A model generated the notes under the pieces. The model made no database searches, was not told the origin of the DNA, and saw nothing but the letters and a program-made list of their open reading frames with translations. Position numbers and translations under genes: made by a program. A stretch of 39,658 bases of DNA, taken from the NCBI GenBank assembly GCA_963845535.1, contig CAWJSK010000005.1:1-39658 (forward strand), read 5' to 3'. The first letter of the stretch is position 1. Each line of letters begins with the position of its first letter. The DNA is from an uncultured Spirochaetota bacterium. GTDB lineage: Bacteria; Spirochaetota; Spirochaetia; SZUA-6; Fen-1364. Shown here piece after piece: positions 35,787 to 39,658 of this stretch.

Positions 35787-36203
35787 TCAAACGGCGTGGG
35801 CAAGTCCACGCTGGTGCGGGTCCTTGCGAGCGTGGTGCACCCTGACGCGACCGCCCAGCTTCGTTCTGTATTCCAACATCCGGTTGAGGGTGCCAAGAAT
35901 CTGATCATACTCCCTCTTCTTGTCTTCCACCTCACGTATCTTTTGGCGAATCCATTCCATCACATCTCGATTCGTACGTACATGTGAATCCATGTCGTGG
36001 AGGACTTCCTTGAGCTCGGAGATCGAACAGCCGATGCTCTGGAACTTCTTGATGAGTCCCAGGCGTTCGATGGCCTCTTCCGCATAGTTGCGATAGTTAT
36101 TGGCATCCCTGCGGACCCGGCTGTCCAGGAGGCCTTCCTTCTCATAGAAGCGAATCGTGTGGGCGGTCAGGCCCGACTTTTCCGCCAGCTCTTGAACCTT
36201 CAT
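35787..36203 (-). CDS. MerR family regulator
   Basis: MKVQELAEKSGLTAHTIRFYEKEGLL, NNYRNY. Confidence 0.92.
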   Translation of the reverse strand: MKVQELAEKSGLTAHTIRFYEKEGLLDSRVRRDANNYRNYAEEAIERLGLIKKFQSIGCSISELKEVLHDMDSHVRTNRDVMEWIRQKIREVEDKKREYDQILGTLNRMLEYRTKLGGRVRVHHARKDPHQRGLAHAV

Positions 36204-36220
36204 AGCGCTCCCGATATGTC

Positions 36221-36251
36221 TTGCCTTAGAGTACACTCTAAGGTTTACCTT
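36221..36251 (+). promoter_or_regulatory. MerR-type promoter with 19-bp spacer and dyad operator
   Basis: TTGCCT, 19 bp, TACCTT. Palindrome CCTTAGAGT-AC-ACTCTAAGG at 36224-36243. Confidence 0.85.
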
Positions 36252-36296
36252 CTGCAAGTATTCCACCGCTCAGGCTGCTTTCAGGAGGATTTCGAG

Positions 36297-37139
36297 ATGG
36301 TAGTTTTCGTAACAGGCGCAACGGGATATATCGGCTCCGCGGTTGTCAGGGAGCTTCTTCAAGCCGGCCATAAAGTTGTCGGACTCAGCCGCTCAGATCG
36401 GGGTGCTGAAAGGCTGAAGGAAGCGGGCGCGGAGATACGGCGTGGCAGCCTTGGGGACCTCGATGGGCTTCGAACCGCCGCCGCCGCGGCCGACGGCATC
36501 ATTCACCTGGCATTCGACCATGAGGGCGCCTATTCGGATTTCGCCGCCTCTCTCAAGACCGATCTGCTTGCCATCCAGGCCATGGGAAGCGCCATCGAAG
36601 GCTCCGGCAAGCCGCTCCTGGTCACCAATCACATGAACGGGGAGGCATCCGAGAAGGCGGCGCTCTCTCTCAGAGGGGTCAGAGCGGTAGCCGTCAGCCT
36701 TTCCCCAAGCGTGCACGGCCAAGGGGACAATCATGGCTTCGTGCCGAGACTCATCAGCATCGCCCGCACCAAGGGCTTCTCCGCCTATGTAGGAGACGGA
36801 TCCAACCGCTGGCCGGCTGTCCACCGACTGGATGCGGCCAACCTCTACCGCCTTGCTTTGGAGAAGGCTCCGCACGGCTCTCGCTTGAGCGGTCGCGGCG
36901 ACGAAGGCGTGCCTTTTCGGGACATCGCCGAAGTCATCGCCAAGAAGTTGAGCCTGCCGGCCAGAAGTATCTCTCGCGATGAAGCACAGGCCCATTTCGG
37001 CTTTCTTGGAATGGTTGCCGCGGCGGATATCCCGGCGTCTCACGGTTCCAGTGAGGAGACGCGGAAGCTCCTGAACTGGCGGCCGGTGCAACCGGGGCTT
37101 ATCGCTGACCTTGAGGAGGGACACTATTTCAGAAACTGA
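36297..37139 (+). CDS. Atypical SDR / NAD-dependent epimerase-dehydratase family protein
   Basis: VFVTGATGYIG, IHLAFDH, NRWPAVHRLDAA; AGGAGG RBS. Confidence 0.92.
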   Translation: MVVFVTGATGYIGSAVVRELLQAGHKVVGLSRSDRGAERLKEAGAEIRRGSLGDLDGLRTAAAAADGIIHLAFDHEGAYSDFAASLKTDLLAIQAMGSAIEGSGKPLLVTNHMNGEASEKAALSLRGVRAVAVSLSPSVHGQGDNHGFVPRLISIARTKGFSAYVGDGSNRWPAVHRLDAANLYRLALEKAPHGSRLSGRGDEGVPFRDIAEVIAKKLSLPARSISRDEAQAHFGFLGMVAAADIPASHGSSEETRKLLNWRPVQPGLIADLEEGHYFRN

Positions 37140-37144
37140 GTCTC

Positions 37145-37617
37145 TTCCCGTCCACCCATGTCCTTGAGCATCTTGTCCACGATGGGCTGGGCAAACGGCC
37201 CGCCGTCACCGTCGGAGATGACCACGCCGTCTCCCAGGCCACCTCCCCAGGTTGCAACGGGGATCTTGGCCTTCTGCGCTGCCAGCACGCCCGCTCTGAG
37301 CGACGTTGTGGGGAACACAAGGTCGATGATTCCCACCGCGCGGCGCCGCACGAAGTTCTGGATGGCGGAGTTGGCTTGGTCCGCGTTGCCGCTGGCGTTC
37401 ACCACGCTGGCCTCCCAGCCTTTGACCTTGGCCTCCGCGGTGGCCCCGGCGATGACGGCCACCGCACGGCTTCGCCGTGCTAGGGGTCATTCACCGTGAT
37501 GGACACCATGCCCAGCACCTTGGGCCCGTTGTTCCCGCCGCACGCGGCAAGGGAGAGGGCGAGGGCGGCCGCCGCGAGGGCCGTTAAGACGCTATATCGA
37601 AATGCGACTGAGCGCAT
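37145..37617 (-). pseudogene. Sugar ABC transporter substrate-binding lipoprotein remnant (RbsB-like)
   Basis: GAGGAGG RBS, signal peptide with LAAC lipobox, stop/frameshift near 37480, then GATAEAK..GW...NA.GN...AN.AIQN. Truncated at the SDR 3' end. Confidence 0.75.
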
Positions 37618-37802
37618 GATTGGAACCTCCTCAATTGATTGTGGAACGGATATATATGAAGGTCACGACGGAGAAATGCGGAGGGGCCGGGCGGCGGTCA
37701 AAAAGGGCCTGGCCTCGGCCTCGGGTCGGGCCTACCCTCTGTCTCTGGGCGTGCCCCGCACGGAAGGCCCTTGGGTGTCGGACGCTGCGTCTCCGGGGTG
37801 CG

Positions 37803-37916
37803 CGCACGGCCTCCGCGGGCGGCGTGCGGGTCGGGCTGCTACGGGCTCCGCTTCGCTTCGGTCCTTCGGACCTCGGCGGGGCTTCGCCCCGCCTCGCCCT
37901 CCGCATCCCTCACGCG
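37803..37916 (+). ncRNA. Flavo-1-like structured RNA/repeat element
   Basis: GGGTCGGGCT...ATCCCTCACGCG termini, as I recall them for Flavo-1. Internal UUCG hairpins GGTCC-TTCG-GACC and GGCGGGGC-TTC-GCCCCGCC. Confidence 0.45.
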
Positions 37917-38109
37917 GTTCGCGACAAACGGCCTGTCAAGCGCCCAGCGAGAGTCAGCGATCAGGTCATCATTGTGGTCGCGAACAACGATATGACTCGG
38001 GAGGTCCGCCACTCGTCAATTCTGCCTGACCTGCAACCTAGAGTAGAGAGGTTCAAGTCTTTTCTTTATAACGCCGAGAACCGCCGAGAGTTCGAGGTCT
38101 CCCAGTTTC

Positions 38110-38860
38110 GAGCGCGGGTGAAACTCCCCAGAGCAGCTGCGTAGCCTCTGAGCTTGCCAACCCAGTGGAGAAGACGGCCGGCCGTTCTTGAGTCGCAGTT
38201 TTCCTGCGCTCAAACGTAGCGCGTAGTGCGGACAAGATCTCTTCATCGGAGAGAGAAACGTGCTCCAGGATGAACCAGATGTCGTAGAAGTCTTTCATCC
38301 TGTATTAACGCTCCCGAGGGCAATCATGGTCTCGAACTTCTCGGCAACTACGGTAGCAAGGGGACATGTCGTGATTGCCAGCGTATCGTTGAGCAGCCTT
38401 CGAATCTCAGATCCCGTCGGCCACCGTCTACTGCGTCGCCGAACCCAGCATCGACTTGCAGGATATTTCGTACGGCACGAGCTTCCGGTCAGGTGCAAAC
38501 GAACTCCGTGATAGTCCGCCTGTTCTGTGATGCGTTCGGAGCGGATCGACTTCGGATCGAAGGAAAAACCGTCCCCAGACTCGATTGACGCCACCGTCGC
38601 GAAGATTTCGGCGACGCCCGTGGTCGTTTAATCCGTCGCCCAGAAGTGGATATCCTTTGTCAAGCGCCTTACTGCTTGTCATGGCAAAAATCAGGAAGCC
38701 TCCTTCGAGAATGAGTTCTCCGCATACGGAGATGCCGCAATCCGTGCCAGGAGTCCTTCCTGCATGTAGAGAAGGGCTTGGATATCGGAAGGTGATGCCT
38801 TTCTCTTTTGCTTTTGTTGTGAAGGCAGGGCGCGTGTGGCGGACGGGTGACGTTCTTCAT
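38110..38860 (-). pseudogene. abiEii: AbiEii type IV TA nucleotidyltransferase toxin, multiply frameshifted
   Basis: Fragments across frames: LYMQEGLLARIAASPY, ILEGGFL, TKDI, ITEQADYHGVR, VVAEKF, MKDFYDI, ATFERRKT. Confidence 0.85.
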
Positions 38861-39476
38861 ACGAGGAGGTGAAGCGCCCGGCGAACAGGACCTGATATGC
38901 GAAGCTTCGGGGAATAGTCGAGCAGCCTCGGCATGTTCCTGGATCGGCGCCTCATGTATTCTCCAAGGGTAGCGGCTGCTGCACATTCAGCGCCGAGGGT
39001 GCTGTCGGAAGCGAAAGACAATCGCAGATCGTTCTTTCTGTGTTGTAACACGCAGGGGAGGCCTGCCTTTTGCTGTTTCGCTCCATTCAGCCCGAGGCCG
39101 TATGAATGAGCTGAGAAGTGATAGAGACGTACTGGGAGAGGAAATCCTGGAGCTGGTAATCCTTCCTGTCCGATTTGACGGCAAGATAAACCTCAGGAGG
39201 CTCCCAGGCGCCAGTTGATTAAAACGAGAGGTGCCGGGACCAAGGCAAAGCACAGAACCGGTAACAGCGAGCAGAGCCTCCACGCGCTCGTCTCCTGAAT
39301 CGTTGTTGGAGAGCGCGCGTCACCCGCGCCTTAGGCGCAGAACCAGACCCTCCTGCTCCATGGCAGGCAGCACTGAGGGGTGGAGGACTGATGGCTCGCA
39401 GGTTTTTGGATCTGGTTTAGCTGCCCTGGTGCTCAATGGCCGAGAGACCGGCCTTGTTCCATGCTTGGCTTCTCAT
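38857..39476 (-). pseudogene. abiEi: AbiEi type IV TA antitoxin, multiply disrupted
   Basis: Fragments EGLVLRLRRG, GSVLCLG, EVYLAV, PVRLYHFS, YNTERTICDC, EYMRRRSRNMPRLLDY. ATGA overlap with abiEii. Confidence 0.8.
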
Positions 39477-39540
39477 TACGTACCTTGAACAAACACAACC
39501 AGTACATCACACTCAAGTATAATCTTTTAGTTCATTGTCG

Positions 39541-39657
39541 CTATTTGTGGGCCGATGGGCTCTTCCGATCCACACAATAGATTACAGGCGAGTTGGGGTC
39601 CTTTGCTTCAATCCGTAATTCAACGCCGTCGCTCTTCTTCGAACCGTGTAGGAGCAA
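39541..39657 (-). CDS. Possible 3' end of a gene entering from the right edge
   Basis: Open frame LLLHGSKKSDGVELRIEAKDPNSPVIYCVDRKSPSAHK*; no recognisable motif. Confidence 0.25.
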   Translation of the reverse strand: MLLHGSKKSDGVELRIEAKDPNSPVIYCVDRKSPSAHK

Positions 39658-39658
39658 C

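Noticed and set aside
8917..37139. Extended N-termini in the ORF track (e.g. starts at 10536, 16090, 22523, 35997)
   Set aside because: They run through promoters or divergent genes. Shorter starts match family N-termini and RBS or promoter positions.
37920..38144. Possible coding fragment on the + strand (VIIVVANNDM...)
   Set aside because: No start signal or identifiable motif, so no call can be supported.
18400..39658. Integron cassette array or prophage explaining the mosaic region
   Set aside because: No integrase, no recurring attC-like sites, mixed gene orientations and no phage genes seen.

Overview
GC-rich bacterial chromosomal window. A Spirochaetia-like host is only a weak inference, from lipoprotein signals and a Flavo-1-like element. 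The left ~18 kb is mostly housekeeping and stress genes: srkA kinase, VOC protein, PAS hybrid kinase, recQ, two ABC-F ATPases, a TetR-controlled flavodoxin/Fe-S flavoprotein, rutE-type nitroreductase with divergent AraC, vapBC, DTW/TapT, a CoA-type Nudix and an orphan pduL. The right ~21 kb is a mosaic of small regulator-plus-enzyme cassettes (TetR-SDR x2, ArsR-SRPBCC x2, MBL-AlkZ-TetR, MerR-SDR), many with readable promoters and palindromic operators. These are mixed with decaying remnants: four broken toxin-antitoxin loci, plus DUF5519-like, MBL and sugar-binding-protein fragments. I recognised no integrase, transposase, tRNA, rRNA or CRISPR array. The most unusual unexplained signal is a ~530-nt intergenic segment (273-802) that folds by eye into a closed multi-domain structure and is a candidate large ncRNA. 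Family calls come from motif recognition only; no database searches were run.
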